Shown piece by piece: positions 39,164-49,832 of a stretch of 64,000 nt of DNA. This DNA is from Nitrosopumilus sp. (GTDB lineage: Archaea > Thermoproteota > Nitrososphaeria > Nitrososphaerales > Nitrosopumilaceae), in the NCBI GenBank assembly GCA_963667665.2, contig OY763927.2, forward strand, positions 1,376,001 through 1,440,000, in the 5' to 3' direction. The notes below the pieces were generated by a model. That model saw only the letters and a list, made by a program, of their open reading frames with translations, ran no database searches and was not told the origin of the DNA. The position numbers and the translations under genes are program-made. The first letter of the stretch is position 1; every line of letters begins with the position of its first letter.

Positions 39164-41071
39164 ATGTCAGAATTTTCCATAAATGATGTTGGAGTAAAAG
39201 TAGGACTAGAAATTCATCAGCAACTAGCAACTAACAAAAAGTTGTTTTGTAATTGTACGCCATTAGAATCAGATGAATATTTTATAAAATTTCAGAGAAA
39301 ATTACGAGCATCAAAAAGTGAATTGGGAGAGTTTGATTCTGCGGTATTATTTGAAAAATCTAAAGCAAAAACAATAATGTATTATGCCAACCCAAAAAGT
39401 AGCTGTCTAGTAGAACAAGATGAGGAACCTCCACATGAATTAGACAAGGATGCAAGAAAAATTGCATTAATTATTGCTTCTGCATTAAAATCAAATATTT
39501 TTAGTGAAATCTATCCTATGAGAAAAACAGTTGTTGATGGTTCTAATACAACTGGATTTCAACGCACGATGTTAATTTCACAGGGAGGATTTTTTGATGT
39601 AGAAGGAACAAAGATAGGGATTCAATCAATTTGTCTTGAAGAAGATGCTGCTAAAATCCTAGGTGAACAAGGATCAATTAGAAAATATGGTTTAGAACGT
39701 CTTGGTGTGCCATTAGTTGAAATTGCAACAGAACCTTTTGAAGTAAAACCTCAAGAAGTTAGAAAAATTGCATTATCTTTAGGAAGAATTTTGAGAAGCA
39801 CCAAAAAAGTGAAGAGAGGTCTTGGTTCAATCCGACAAGATGTTAATGTATCAATCAAAGAAGGAGGAGTTGTTATTGAAGTAAAAGGAGTGCAACAATT
39901 AGAACAATTAGAAAAAGTTGTAGAATATGAAGCAAAAAGACAGCACGGATTATTAAAAATATCAAAAAAATTACAAGAGAAAAATTGGATGCATGTCAAT
40001 AAAGATGATAGAAAAGACATTACAGAATTATTTTCAAAATGTAAATCAAAGATTATTCAAAATGCTTTAAAGAAAAATCAGAAAATTTTTGCCGTATCTT
40101 TTAGAAATATGGCTGGAATGTTTGGATATTCACCATATGAAAGCATAAGATTAGGAAAAGAAGTAGCAGAATTAGTACGATTTTTTGGATTAGGTGGAGT
40201 TTTTCATTCAGATGAATTACCTAATTATGGAATAGAAAAATCAGATCTAGAAAATCTAAAAGAATTTCTAAAAATTACTGAGAATGATGGATTTTTGATA
40301 TTAGCTATTCCTGAAGAAAAAATTCATGCAATTGTTGACCAAATAATTTTAAGAATTGAACATATCAAAAACAAAGGTATACCAATAGATACACGATTAG
40401 CTACTCAAACAGGCGAAACAAAATTTCTTAGACCTAGACCTGGTGCGGCAAGAATGTATCCTGAAACAGATATCCCTCCAATTATTATTTCAAAAGAGGA
40501 ATTAGAAGATGCAAGAAAAAATATACCAAAATCATGGGATGAATCTATCAAAGAATTACAAACAAAATATGAAATTAACTCACAACTTACAGAACAAATT
40601 TTTGATTCAAGATATATAGAATTATTTGAAAAAATTGTTGAAAAAACCAAAGTCAATCCTACATTTGTTGCATCTGTACTTTGCTCTACAATTACTAATT
40701 TAGAGAGAAGCGGATTAAATTCTAATTTATTACAAAACAAAGAAATTGTAAAATCATTTGAATTGTTAGAAGTACGAAAAATTGCTAAAGAATCAATTGA
40801 GATAATTTTTGAAAACATTATGGCTAGAAAAGCCAAGACCACAGAAGAGGCAATGAAAAATACTGCAATTGAGGCTGTAAATGAATCAGATTTGGAGAAA
40901 ATTATTGAAGAAATAGTTGAAAAGAATCAAGATATTATTAAAAATCAAAAAGAGAGAGCTGTTGGGCCACTTATGGGAATTGCCATGAAGGAATTAAGAG
41001 GTAAAGCTTCTGGTGAAATGGTAAATAATCTTCTTTTAAAAAATATCAAGAAAAAGTTAGCAAGTATCTGA
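39164..41071 (+). CDS. gatE: Glutamyl-tRNA(Gln) amidotransferase subunit E
   Basis: GLEIHQQL, VVDGSNTTGFQRT, RPGAARMYPETD. Confidence 0.96.
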   Translation: MSEFSINDVGVKVGLEIHQQLATNKKLFCNCTPLESDEYFIKFQRKLRASKSELGEFDSAVLFEKSKAKTIMYYANPKSSCLVEQDEEPPHELDKDARKIALIIASALKSNIFSEIYPMRKTVVDGSNTTGFQRTMLISQGGFFDVEGTKIGIQSICLEEDAAKILGEQGSIRKYGLERLGVPLVEIATEPFEVKPQEVRKIALSLGRILRSTKKVKRGLGSIRQDVNVSIKEGGVVIEVKGVQQLEQLEKVVEYEAKRQHGLLKISKKLQEKNWMHVNKDDRKDITELFSKCKSKIIQNALKKNQKIFAVSFRNMAGMFGYSPYESIRLGKEVAELVRFFGLGGVFHSDELPNYGIEKSDLENLKEFLKITENDGFLILAIPEEKIHAIVDQIILRIEHIKNKGIPIDTRLATQTGETKFLRPRPGAARMYPETDIPPIIISKEELEDARKNIPKSWDESIKELQTKYEINSQLTEQIFDSRYIELFEKIVEKTKVNPTFVASVLCSTITNLERSGLNSNLLQNKEIVKSFELLEVRKIAKESIEIIFENIMARKAKTTEEAMKNTAIEAVNESDLEKIIEEIVEKNQDIIKNQKERAVGPLMGIAMKELRGKASGEMVNNLLLKNIKKKLASI

Positions 41072-41077
41072 TTGTAG

Positions 41078-41162
41078 TGCGGGAAGTGGGATTTGAACCC
41101 ACGAACTCCTAGAAGATAAGGATCTGAACCTTACGCCGTTGACCAGGCTGGGCTACTCCCGC
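41078..41162 (-). tRNA. tRNA-Leu(CAG), intronless, CCA not encoded
   Basis: GCGGGAG..., anticodon arm TAAGG-TTCAGAT-CCTTA, long variable arm, T arm GTGGG-TTCAAAT-CCCAC. Confidence 0.95.
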
Positions 41163-41239
41163 ATTGTGAATTTTTAAAATCTAGAATAAGTTTCTTTATT
41201 ATACATGAAACAAACACATGCAATTAATCAAGTGATAAA

Positions 41240-41404
41240 ATGGAATTCAGAGAAATATATTGTAATAATTGTAAAAAAATACTTGGACGATATAATATTA
41301 AATTCTACAATGAAGATAAAATTGGAGAAATATTAAAAACAACTCATTCTATCCATGTAAGAAGTGGACATCAAGTTATCATAAAAAAATTTGTAAAAGA
41401 TTAA
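41240..41404 (+). CDS. 54-aa CxxC...HxxxxH putative zinc-binding micro-protein
   Basis: Manual translation MEFREIYCNNCKKILGRYN...THSIHVRSGHQVIIKKFVKD*; stop overlaps the convergent stop at 41401. Confidence 0.7.
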   Translation: MEFREIYCNNCKKILGRYNIKFYNEDKIGEILKTTHSIHVRSGHQVIIKKFVKD

Positions 41405-41940
41405 ATCAGTTTTATTTTTTCTACTGCCTCTGAAAGATTTGAAATTTTATGAATTCCATTTTCTGAAATATGTTTATTCCACGGTTGTGAATATAGAATC
41501 ACTTTTTTGTTATGCTGAATAATGTTTAATGCGTTTAGAGGTGAATCATCAATAAACACATCATAATCTAAATTTGCCTTCATCGGTCCATCAATTACTG
41601 ACACATAATTATCATATGATATATTGTGATGATTGAGCCAATTTTTTACAAAAGAATCAGTAGAACGTTCTCTTGCAGTAACAATATCTACCTGACCTAT
41701 ATTTGAAAGATCTTTTGTAACAGATGACAAATTTTCTTCAGTAGGGGGGATAGAATTCCAATTTTTCCAACAGGAACTTAATTCAGCGTAAAAATCATAG
41801 CGGTTTATCTGAAATTTCTTCCAAAAATCCCAATCAGATATTTCATGTTTGGAGATTTTTGGTCTAATTGTATTGCTATAATTTAACCAAGATTGTATTA
41901 CATCTGCAAGAACACCATCAACATCTAATGCAATTTTCAT
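41401..41940 (-). CDS. HAD-family 5'(3')-nucleotidase (NT5C-like)
   Basis: IALDVDGVLAD, IVTAR, FIDDSP, QPWN. Confidence 0.85.
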   Translation of the reverse strand: MKIALDVDGVLADVIQSWLNYSNTIRPKISKHEISDWDFWKKFQINRYDFYAELSSCWKNWNSIPPTEENLSSVTKDLSNIGQVDIVTARERSTDSFVKNWLNHHNISYDNYVSVIDGPMKANLDYDVFIDDSPLNALNIIQHNKKVILYSQPWNKHISENGIHKISNLSEAVEKIKLI

Positions 41941-41950
41941 TTTTTCTCAA

Positions 41951-43036
41951 TTAATCACTAGTTTTTTTAAATTCATCTAGAAGGTTTTTTTGATGTTTAT
42001 TGAGTTTTTTTGGAACATTTACTACAATTCTAACATATTGGTCTCCTTTGCCTCTAGAATTGATATGAGAAACTCCTTTTCCTTTTAATTTTATAATTGT
42101 ATTTGGTTGACTACCAGAATTTACTTTGATTTTTTCAGTACTCTCCAAGGTTGGAACTATAATTTCGCAACCTAATGCGGCATCAATCATTGAAATATCA
42201 TGATCATAGAAAATATCTTTTCCATCTCTATTAAATTTAGAATGAGGTTGTACTCTGACTCTAACAATTAAATCTCCATTAGATCCTCCAGGAACTTCAT
42301 TTCCTTCCTCTGGAACTGTATAATCACCAGAATCAATTCCAGGTGGAATTTCAAAAGTGACTTTTTTTGAACCTTTTTTCTTACCTTGCCCCTTACAATC
42401 TCCACAAGGAGTTTCAATAACAGAACCTTGACCTCTACAAGAAGGACATGGTGCAGCTGTTACAAATGAAGCAAATCCCATGTTACGAGTTTGTCTTATT
42501 TGTCCTTGACCATTACATGTAGCACATGTTTTCTTGTTTGTTCCAGGTTTACACCCAGAACCTTGACAAATATTGCATTGAATTTGTTTTTGTAGATCAA
42601 TTTCTATTTTTTTGCCATGAAGAACATCCTCTAATGTTACTGAAGTTTCAAAGAGAATATCAGAACCACGTTGTTGATTGAAACTAAATCCACCGCCTCC
42701 ACGATCAAAGATTGATTCAAAAATAGAATCAAATCCACCGCCTCCACGACCAAATATATCACTAAAATTTCCACGTGCACCTTGAAAAATATCTTCACTG
42801 CTGTATCTGCCATCTACACCAGCATGTCCATGTTGATCATAGAGTTGCCTTTTTTCAGTATTTGAAAGAATAGCATATGCCTCAGAAATTTCTTTGAAAT
42901 GTTCTGGAGCTTCTGAAGAGTTGTTACGATCGGGATGAAATTTTAATGCTAATTTTCTATATTGTTGTTTAATTTCATCTACAGAAGATGATTTTGTAAC
43001 CCCTAAAACTTCATAGTAATCTCGTTTTGCAGACAT
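41951..43036 (-). CDS. dnaJ: Chaperone DnaJ
   Basis: HPD J-domain, G/F region, four CxxCxGxG repeats. Confidence 0.97.
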   Translation of the reverse strand: MSAKRDYYEVLGVTKSSSVDEIKQQYRKLALKFHPDRNNSSEAPEHFKEISEAYAILSNTEKRQLYDQHGHAGVDGRYSSEDIFQGARGNFSDIFGRGGGGFDSIFESIFDRGGGGFSFNQQRGSDILFETSVTLEDVLHGKKIEIDLQKQIQCNICQGSGCKPGTNKKTCATCNGQGQIRQTRNMGFASFVTAAPCPSCRGQGSVIETPCGDCKGQGKKKGSKKVTFEIPPGIDSGDYTVPEEGNEVPGGSNGDLIVRVRVQPHSKFNRDGKDIFYDHDISMIDAALGCEIIVPTLESTEKIKVNSGSQPNTIIKLKGKGVSHINSRGKGDQYVRIVVNVPKKLNKHQKNLLDEFKKTSD

Positions 43037-43085
43037 GAATTATTCCTTAATCATAATTATTGTATAAATGGTTGAATTTGAAAAA

Positions 43086-45050
43086 TTAGTTAGTTTTTGT
43101 TTCATCAGTTGAAGAAGACTCTGTTGATTGTCCTTCAGCACCATCACTTTGTTGTCCTTCAGCACCATCACTTTGTTGTCCTTCAGCACCATCACTTTGT
43201 TGTCCTTCAGCACCATCACTTTGTTGTCCTTCAGCACCATCACTTTGTTGTCCTTCAGCACCATCACTTTGTTGTCCTTCAGCACCAGGAGGAGGTGATG
43301 CATTTTTGTAAAGTTCAGTTGTTACTTCGTTGACTAGAGATTGTAGTACATCGAGTTTAGGCTGTAATTCAGTTGGTTCTTTATCTAAAACTTCTTTGAC
43401 TTCTTTTACAGCATCAGTAATTTTAATTCCTTGTTCTTGAGAAATTTTATCTTTTAGATCATGATTAACTAATTTTTCTGTAGTGTAAATATAGCTCTCT
43501 GCTTCATTTTTTAGATCAATTTTTTCTTTCTTCTTTTTATCTTCATCAGAGAATTTTTCTGCATCTTCTTTTAATTTTTCAATTTCTTCTTTAGATAATT
43601 TTGATGAAGATTCAATAGTAATTTTTGCTTCCTTTTGTGTTCCAAGATCTTTTGCTGTAACATTAATTATTCCATTTGCATCAATATCAAATTTTACTTC
43701 AATTTGAGGAACTCCTCTAGGAGCTGGTGGGACATCAGATAGATTAAAACTTCCTAATGAAACATTGTCAGTTGCCATTGGTCGTTCACCTTGAACAACA
43801 TGAATAGTTACAGCTGTCTGGTTATCAGCTGCAGTTGTGAAAACTTTACTCTTGGAAGTTGGAATTGTTGTATTTCTTTCAATTAATGGTTCTCGAACTC
43901 CACCTAAAGTTTCAATTCCTAATGTTAGTGGAGTAACATCAAGTAAAACTATATCACTCGTTACGTCTCCAGCAATAATTCCTGCTTGTATTGCAGCTCC
44001 CATTGCTACAGCCTCCATAGGATCAACTCCGGATTCAGTCTCCTTACCAACAACTTCACTAACAAATTTTTTAACTAATGGCATTCTTGTTGGTCCGCCA
44101 ATCATTACTATTTTTTTAATATCAGAGTAAGAGAGTTTTGCATCTTCCATTGCTTTTGTTATAGAAGGTTTACATCGTTCTATAATTGGTCCAACTAATT
44201 CATCTAGTTTAGATCTAGTTATTCTTAATTCAAGATTTTTGGCACCTGTTGATTGATCATGTGCAAGAAAGGGTAAATTAACATCTGTTTCCATAACTGT
44301 TGATAATTCAATTTTGGCTTTTTCAGCAGCTTCTCTAATTCTAGTCATTGCAGTTGTATCTTGAGAAAGATCAATGCCTTCTTTTTTCTTAAATTCATCA
44401 GCAATGTAATCAATTAGAACTGCATCCATATCTGTGCCACCTAACTGAGTATCTCCAGATGTACTAAGTACTTCAAAAACACCGCCACCCATTTCCATAA
44501 TTGTAACATCTAATGTACCGCCACCAAAATCAAAGACAAGAATTTTCATGTCTTCTTTTGCTTTATCTAATCCAAATGCCAAAGATGCTGCTGTTGGTTC
44601 ATTGATAATTCTAACTACATCAAGTCCTGCAATTGTTCCAGCATCTTTAGTTGCTTGACGTTGATTATCATCAAAATATGCAGGAACTGTAATTACTGCT
44701 TTCTCAACAGACTCACCAACAAATGCTTCAGCATCTTTTTTGATTTTTTGTAAAATATAGGCAGAGATTTGTTGAGGTTTGTATTCTTTATCTTGAATTT
44801 TAAAAGTATGATCAGAACCCATTTTTCTTTTTGCTGCAACAATAGTGTTATCAGGATTTGTTACTGCTTGTCTTCGTGCAGGTTCTCCAACTAAAAGTTC
44901 ACCATCTTTAGAAAATGCTACAACTGATGGAAATGCTTTTCCACCTACAGTAGCTCCTTCTGCAGCGGGAATAATAGTTGGCTTACCACCCATAACAACT
45001 GCAGCAGCTGAGTTACTTGTTCCCAAATCAATACCAATAATTTTAGCCAT
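43086..45050 (-). CDS. dnaK: Chaperone DnaK (Hsp70)
   Basis: [31 protein letters not shown]. Confidence 0.98.
   Translation of the reverse strand: MAKIIGIDLGTSNSAAAVVMGGKPTIIPAAEGATVGGKAFPSVVAFSKDGELLVGEPARRQAVTNPDNTIVAAKRKMGSDHTFKIQDKEYKPQQISAYILQKIKKDAEAFVGESVEKAVITVPAYFDDNQRQATKDAGTIAGLDVVRIINEPTAASLAFGLDKAKEDMKILVFDFGGGTLDVTIMEMGGGVFEVLSTSGDTQLGGTDMDAVLIDYIADEFKKKEGIDLSQDTTAMTRIREAAEKAKIELSTVMETDVNLPFLAHDQSTGAKNLELRITRSKLDELVGPIIERCKPSITKAMEDAKLSYSDIKKIVMIGGPTRMPLVKKFVSEVVGKETESGVDPMEAVAMGAAIQAGIIAGDVTSDIVLLDVTPLTLGIETLGGVREPLIERNTTIPTSKSKVFTTAADNQTAVTIHVVQGERPMATDNVSLGSFNLSDVPPAPRGVPQIEVKFDIDANGIINVTAKDLGTQKEAKITIESSSKLSKEEIEKLKEDAEKFSDEDKKKKEKIDLKNEAESYIYTTEKLVNHDLKDKISQEQGIKITDAVKEVKEVLDKEPTELQPKLDVLQSLVNEVTTELYKNASPPPGAEGQQSDGAEGQQSDGAEGQQSDGAEGQQSDGAEGQQSDGAEGQQSDGAEGQSTESSSTDETKTN
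43128..43287. repeat. Perfect 24-bp tandem repeat x6.7 in the dnaK 3' end (encodes GAEGQQSD)
   Basis: Unit ttgtccttcagcaccatcactttg starting at 43128, 43152 ... 43272 (last copy partial). Confidence 0.97.
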
Positions 45051-45056
45051 ATTTTA

Positions 45057-45617
45057 TCATCCCTTTTTTGAAATTTCCACTAGTGTTGGTCTTATAACCC
45101 TATTTTTAGAAATATATCCCTTCCTGATCTCTTTTGTAATTGTATTATCATCTAAATCAGGATCAGTAATAGTTGATATGGCTTCATGAAAAGTAGGATT
45201 AAAAATTTCTCCTAATGCATCAATTGGGCTTACATCATATTTTTTCAATAATGAATCCATATTTTTCAAAATAGAATCTAGACCATCGGTATTACTTTTA
45301 TTTTCAGAAAAAATTTCTTTTGCTCTAACAAAGTCATCATATATTTTTAAAAAATCTAATACAAATTCATCAACTTTAGCATTAACACCATTTTCAATAT
45401 CAGATTGTGTTTTCCGAGTGAGATTCTGAAAGTCTGCTAAAACATGTTTTAATTTTTCTTCATATTCTGATACTGTTTGTTTTTCTAACTCCCATAATTT
45501 GGATAATTCTTCAATGCTTGTAGTAGGTTTAGATTTTTCTGAAGAATCATTAGATTCAGGTTCATTTTCAGATACCACATCTACAGGAATTTCGTCAGAA
45601 TTATTTTCAGTTGACAA
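45057..45617 (-). CDS. grpE: Nucleotide exchange factor GrpE
   Basis: LADFQN, FNPTFHEA, KGY..RVIRP; upstream of dnaK. Confidence 0.93.
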   Translation of the reverse strand: MSTENNSDEIPVDVVSENEPESNDSSEKSKPTTSIEELSKLWELEKQTVSEYEEKLKHVLADFQNLTRKTQSDIENGVNAKVDEFVLDFLKIYDDFVRAKEIFSENKSNTDGLDSILKNMDSLLKKYDVSPIDALGEIFNPTFHEAISTITDPDLDDNTITKEIRKGYISKNRVIRPTLVEISKKG

Positions 45618-45655
45618 ATCAAAAAAAATTATAATTTAGCTAATTTAAATTATTA

Positions 45656-46792
45656 TTAAATAGTTTCACATAAAGGATTAGCTTTGACAATAATTAGATT
45701 AGAATCTTGTTTGGTTTTTTCAATATTGTCAAGATCAGTTTTTGAACATGCCACAACAATTGTTGTTTTATCACTATGAAAAAGATCAAAATTTGGATCT
45801 TCATAAGCTTCTACATCACCTATATAATCACGTAATCTTGAGGTTAAATTTTGGAGCATTTCGATTTTATCTCCACGCATTGCATGTTGATCAAGAGTCC
45901 AAGATAATGCAATTTTAGTTTTACTAGCTTTAAGATCATTTTTCTTTAACGTTGTTCGAATTTCATCAATTAATCTCTTGATATATCCATCAATTCCTTT
46001 TACACTTCCATTGATTAGATACATGAGAGTATTTGCACCCTCAAATGAAGAGCCTAAAGTTTTTAGATCTAAAAGCCCGCTAACCATATCATCAAGAAAT
46101 ATTTCTTGAAAATCATCTGAGGATAGGTCACTTTTGGTAATTTCATCTTGTGCATACTTGCATACCTCTAAAACACTACACAAACTAGAAAATCTAGTTA
46201 GCGTGTTTATAGCATGAAAATGTTCTGATGATGAAATGGCAACAAATCTTTTCTCATTTTTAGTCATTGTGAGTAAATCAGATAATTTAGGATCTTTTTT
46301 TCCATTAAAAGAGCCAATAATCTTTGGTTGATGATTTAGATCTTCCAAGGGATAATAAAAATAAGAAACTGATTTTCCTACCTGAAGACCTGTTACATGT
46401 TCCAGTAATGAAATATTTTCATTGTTTCCTCCAAATCCTGTTGGAAGAGTAAAAACAACTGAACTATTCTTCTTTAATGATTTTATTGCATCCTTAAATT
46501 TTGAATGAATTTCAGTTTTAGTATCTTGTCCTGTTTTTCTAATTCTTGGAGTAAAGAAAAGATATTGAGCTTTGGAAACAGCTACATCAATAGGTTCCAT
46601 GGCCAATAATGGCTCATCTTCTTTTAGAGAAGATACATTTGGATAAGTTTTAGCTATTTCTGCTTTAAGTGAAATTGCTGAAGGAGTGGATTCATCTATA
46701 ATGAAAACATCAGCACCTTTGATTGCCATTTGAGATGCAATAGCATATCCTTCTGTACTTAGGCCATAAACAACAACTTTTGCTCCCCCCAT
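45656..46792 (-). CDS. Divergent nucleotide-sugar-dehydrogenase-like protein
   Basis: Rossmann-like N-terminus VVVYGLSTEGY; layout resembles the UDP-glucose dehydrogenase family but catalytic motifs are not evident. Confidence 0.5.
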   Translation of the reverse strand: MGGAKVVVYGLSTEGYAIASQMAIKGADVFIIDESTPSAISLKAEIAKTYPNVSSLKEDEPLLAMEPIDVAVSKAQYLFFTPRIRKTGQDTKTEIHSKFKDAIKSLKKNSSVVFTLPTGFGGNNENISLLEHVTGLQVGKSVSYFYYPLEDLNHQPKIIGSFNGKKDPKLSDLLTMTKNEKRFVAISSSEHFHAINTLTRFSSLCSVLEVCKYAQDEITKSDLSSDDFQEIFLDDMVSGLLDLKTLGSSFEGANTLMYLINGSVKGIDGYIKRLIDEIRTTLKKNDLKASKTKIALSWTLDQHAMRGDKIEMLQNLTSRLRDYIGDVEAYEDPNFDLFHSDKTTIVVACSKTDLDNIEKTKQDSNLIIVKANPLCETI

Positions 46793-46856
46793 TACACTTT
46801 CAGCTAGTAATAGACTAAGAAAAACTTATTGAACTTGATATAATTATGAAAATTAC

Positions 46857-47888
46857 TTGAAAATATGGATAGATATTCTTACACCTAAACAATTATTGTT
46901 TTTTGAACCTATGATGAACAAATTGGGTAAAAAACACAAGGTTTTATGCACAACAAGAAAATATCGAGAAGTAGATCAATTAGCAAAAATTAGAAAAATT
47001 AGAGTAAAAGTTATTGGAAAACACGGAGGAGCCAAAAATTCTGATAAATTAAGAGCAAATCTCAACAGAATGAAACTTTTGATGCCAATTATTGAAAAAT
47101 TCAAACCAGATGCGACAATTAGTTTTTGCTCACCAGATGCTGCGAGAGTATCATATGGATTAAAAATTAAACATGTAGCTTTTTGTGATGCACCTCACGC
47201 TGAAGCTGTTATGAGATTAACTATTCCATTAATTCAGAAATTACTTATTCCATGGATCATCCCCAAAAAAGAATTTACAAAATTTGGAATATCTCCAAAG
47301 AACATTATTCCTTACAGAGCAATAGATGCTGCATTAATTATTTCTCAAAAGTCAAAAAAGAAAACAATTCCCATAATTTTTAAAAAAGGAACAAATATTT
47401 TGCTTAGAACTCATGAATCAAATGCATCATATGCAAAAGAAAAAATTAATGTGATTGAAATAATTAGAAAACTTTCAGAAATTGAAAATATCAACATCAT
47501 AGTTTTGGGAAGATATTCAGAAGAAATTAAAAAATTAAAAAAGAAAACGTTTGATCGTGTGTTTGTATTGAATAAATCTGTAGATAGTGGAGAAATTTTA
47601 GAAGTGACAGATATTTTTATAGGATCAGGGGGTACTATGACTGCAGAAGCCGCTCTTAGGGGAATTCCTACATTTTCTTATAATGCAATTCCAAATATCA
47701 TTGAAGAGTATTTAGTTAAAAAGAAATTAGTAACAAGAATTAATGATGTAAGTAAACTTGATAAAAAAATTTTAAGAGTTTTAACTAAAAAATCAAATTC
47801 AATCAAAAATCTTGCAACAAAGGAATTCAATTCGATGGAAAATCCAATAAAAAAACTTGAACTAGTTTTACGAATGCTTAATGAATAA
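46857..47888 (+). CDS. DUF354 family protein (GT-B fold)
   Basis: MKIWIDILTPKQ, FIGSGGTMTAEAALRGIP. Confidence 0.85.
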   Translation: MKIWIDILTPKQLLFFEPMMNKLGKKHKVLCTTRKYREVDQLAKIRKIRVKVIGKHGGAKNSDKLRANLNRMKLLMPIIEKFKPDATISFCSPDAARVSYGLKIKHVAFCDAPHAEAVMRLTIPLIQKLLIPWIIPKKEFTKFGISPKNIIPYRAIDAALIISQKSKKKTIPIIFKKGTNILLRTHESNASYAKEKINVIEIIRKLSEIENINIIVLGRYSEEIKKLKKKTFDRVFVLNKSVDSGEILEVTDIFIGSGGTMTAEAALRGIPTFSYNAIPNIIEEYLVKKKLVTRINDVSKLDKKILRVLTKKSNSIKNLATKEFNSMENPIKKLELVLRMLNE

Positions 47889-47923
47889 CATTTTAAAGGA
47901 AATTAGAATACAAAATTTGCAGC

Positions 47924-47996
47924 AGCCCGGTAGTGTAGAGGTCAAGCATATGGGCCTTTGAAGCCCGTGACGCCAGTTCGAGTCTGGCCCGGGCTA
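47924..47996 (+). tRNA. tRNA-Gln(TTG), intronless
   Basis: AGCCCGG/CCGGGCT acceptor (A1-U72), anticodon arm TGGGC-CTTTGAA-GCCCG, T arm GCCAG-TTCGAGT-CTGGC, downstream T-tract. Confidence 0.95.
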
Positions 47997-48063
47997 CTTT
48001 TTTGATATATTAAAAACTGTTGAAAGATTATATTTAATGTTCAAAGATTTGTTTTGAGCATAC

Positions 48064-49776
48064 TTGACATCAAATGATATAATTGTATTAGGTATTACTG
48101 ATGGCCATAACGCTGGTGCATGTCTTTTAAGAAATGGGATAATAGAATTTGCAATTTCTGAAGAGAGAATTTCAAGGATAAAAAATGAAGCAGGATATCC
48201 AAAATTATCTATTGAAAAAATTCTTGAATTATCAAATGTGAAAATTGAAGAGATTCATTCAGTAGCATTAGCTGGAAAATTTAGTCATGAAAAAAAATTC
48301 TATTCAAATTGGGATTGGTATAAAGTTGATTATGAGAATCAATTAGAAGATAGTAAAAAAGCAAATACTGTTAATTTTGAAAATCGATTAAATGAAAGAA
48401 AAAAAGCTATTGTAAATCATCTCAAAGTTAATGAGGAAAAGATTTTTGTTGTAGAGCATCATCTATCACATGCAGCATCAGCTTATCTTGCATCTTCATG
48501 GATAAATGATGAAGAGATTCTAGTTTTGACGTGTGATGGTTCAGGTGATGGAATTTGTGCAACTGTCAACATTGGAAAAAATGGGAAAATTAAAAGGATT
48601 TCTGAAACAAAAAATAGTGCATCTATTGGAAAAATCTATTCTAGAATTACATTGCTATTAGGAATGAAACCATGGGAGCATGAATACAAGATTATGGGAT
48701 TAGCTCCATATGCAGATGAATCAGGAGTTAAAAGATCTAAGGATGTTTTTGATGAACTAATTGAAGTAAAAGAATCAAGTTTGGAATTCAATACAAAGAC
48801 AAAATTATCTATGAATTATTGTTACGAATTTCTAAAAACAAGACTGGAAAATCACAGATTTGATTGGATTGCAGGAGGAATTCAACAAATCACTGAAGAA
48901 GTTTTAAAAAAATGGGTCATAAATGCTTTGAAGAAAACAGGATGTAGAAAAATGGTTTGTTCAGGTGGAGTATTTATGAATGTAAAAGCAAACATGCATC
49001 TTTCTGAATTAGAACTTGTTGATGATATTTTCATTTTTCCTAGTGGTGGAGATGAATCACTTGCAATGGGTGCAGCAATGCATGTTTATTCAGAAATTCT
49101 TGAAAAGATCGGAGAGAAAATTCACTTAGAACCATTAGGGCCGATTTATTTGGGAATGGAGTTTACAAATTCAGAAATTGAAGATGAAATTAAGAAGAGT
49201 GAATTAGAAGGATATTCAGTAGAGTATGTTAAAGATATAGAAAAACAAACAGCAGAATTATTATCAAAAGGAGAAATTGTTGCTAGATTTAATGATAAGA
49301 TGGAATGGGGAGCCCGTTCATTAGGAAACAGGAGTATTCTTGCAGATCCAAGCAGTTTTGAGAAAGTAAGAGAAATTAATTTAGCAATTAAACAACGAGA
49401 TTTTTGGATGCCTTTTGCACCTTCTATTATTTCAGAAAAACAGGAAGAATATATTGAAAATCCAAAAAAAATCAAGGCCCCTTACATGATGATGGGATTC
49501 CATACAAAAGAACGAGCGCATAAAGAATTAACATCAGCAATTCATTCTTATGATTTTACTGCAAGACCACAACTTCTTGAAGAAAAATTCAATAGTTCAT
49601 ACTATAATCTAATTAGAAATTTTGAAAAACATACTGGAATTCCAGCATTATTAAATACTTCATTTAATCTTCATGGATATCCTATTGTCTGTGCTCCAAT
49701 TGATGCAATAACTACTCTAACAAAATCAGGATTAAAGCACCTAGCTCTAGGAAATTATTTGATTAGTAAAAAATAA
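48064..49776 (+). CDS. O-carbamoyltransferase (NodU/CmcH family)
   Basis: SEERISRIK, EHHLSHA, DGSGD, EYKIMGLAPY, GGVFMNV, EWGARSLGNRS, LNTSFNLHG. Confidence 0.93.
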   Translation: MTSNDIIVLGITDGHNAGACLLRNGIIEFAISEERISRIKNEAGYPKLSIEKILELSNVKIEEIHSVALAGKFSHEKKFYSNWDWYKVDYENQLEDSKKANTVNFENRLNERKKAIVNHLKVNEEKIFVVEHHLSHAASAYLASSWINDEEILVLTCDGSGDGICATVNIGKNGKIKRISETKNSASIGKIYSRITLLLGMKPWEHEYKIMGLAPYADESGVKRSKDVFDELIEVKESSLEFNTKTKLSMNYCYEFLKTRLENHRFDWIAGGIQQITEEVLKKWVINALKKTGCRKMVCSGGVFMNVKANMHLSELELVDDIFIFPSGGDESLAMGAAMHVYSEILEKIGEKIHLEPLGPIYLGMEFTNSEIEDEIKKSELEGYSVEYVKDIEKQTAELLSKGEIVARFNDKMEWGARSLGNRSILADPSSFEKVREINLAIKQRDFWMPFAPSIISEKQEEYIENPKKIKAPYMMMGFHTKERAHKELTSAIHSYDFTARPQLLEEKFNSSYYNLIRNFEKHTGIPALLNTSFNLHGYPIVCAPIDAITTLTKSGLKHLALGNYLISKK

Positions 49777-49832
49777 TATAAGATTTTTGACAACCATATG
49801 ATAACTTAATATTAATTTCATCATGAGATAAT

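Noticed and set aside
42686-42749. 19-bp direct repeat in dnaJ
   Set aside because: Encodes duplicated RGGGGF in the normal low-complexity G/F region
43040-43333. Repetitive ORFs 43040-43303 (-) and 43097-43333 (+), or a possible CRISPR array
   Set aside because: Alternative frames of the 24-bp tandem repeat inside dnaK; units are contiguous with no spacers and no cas genes are present
41078-47996. Integrated element between or at the two tRNAs
   Set aside because: No integrase and no duplicated tRNA 3' end seen; intervening genes are core chaperones
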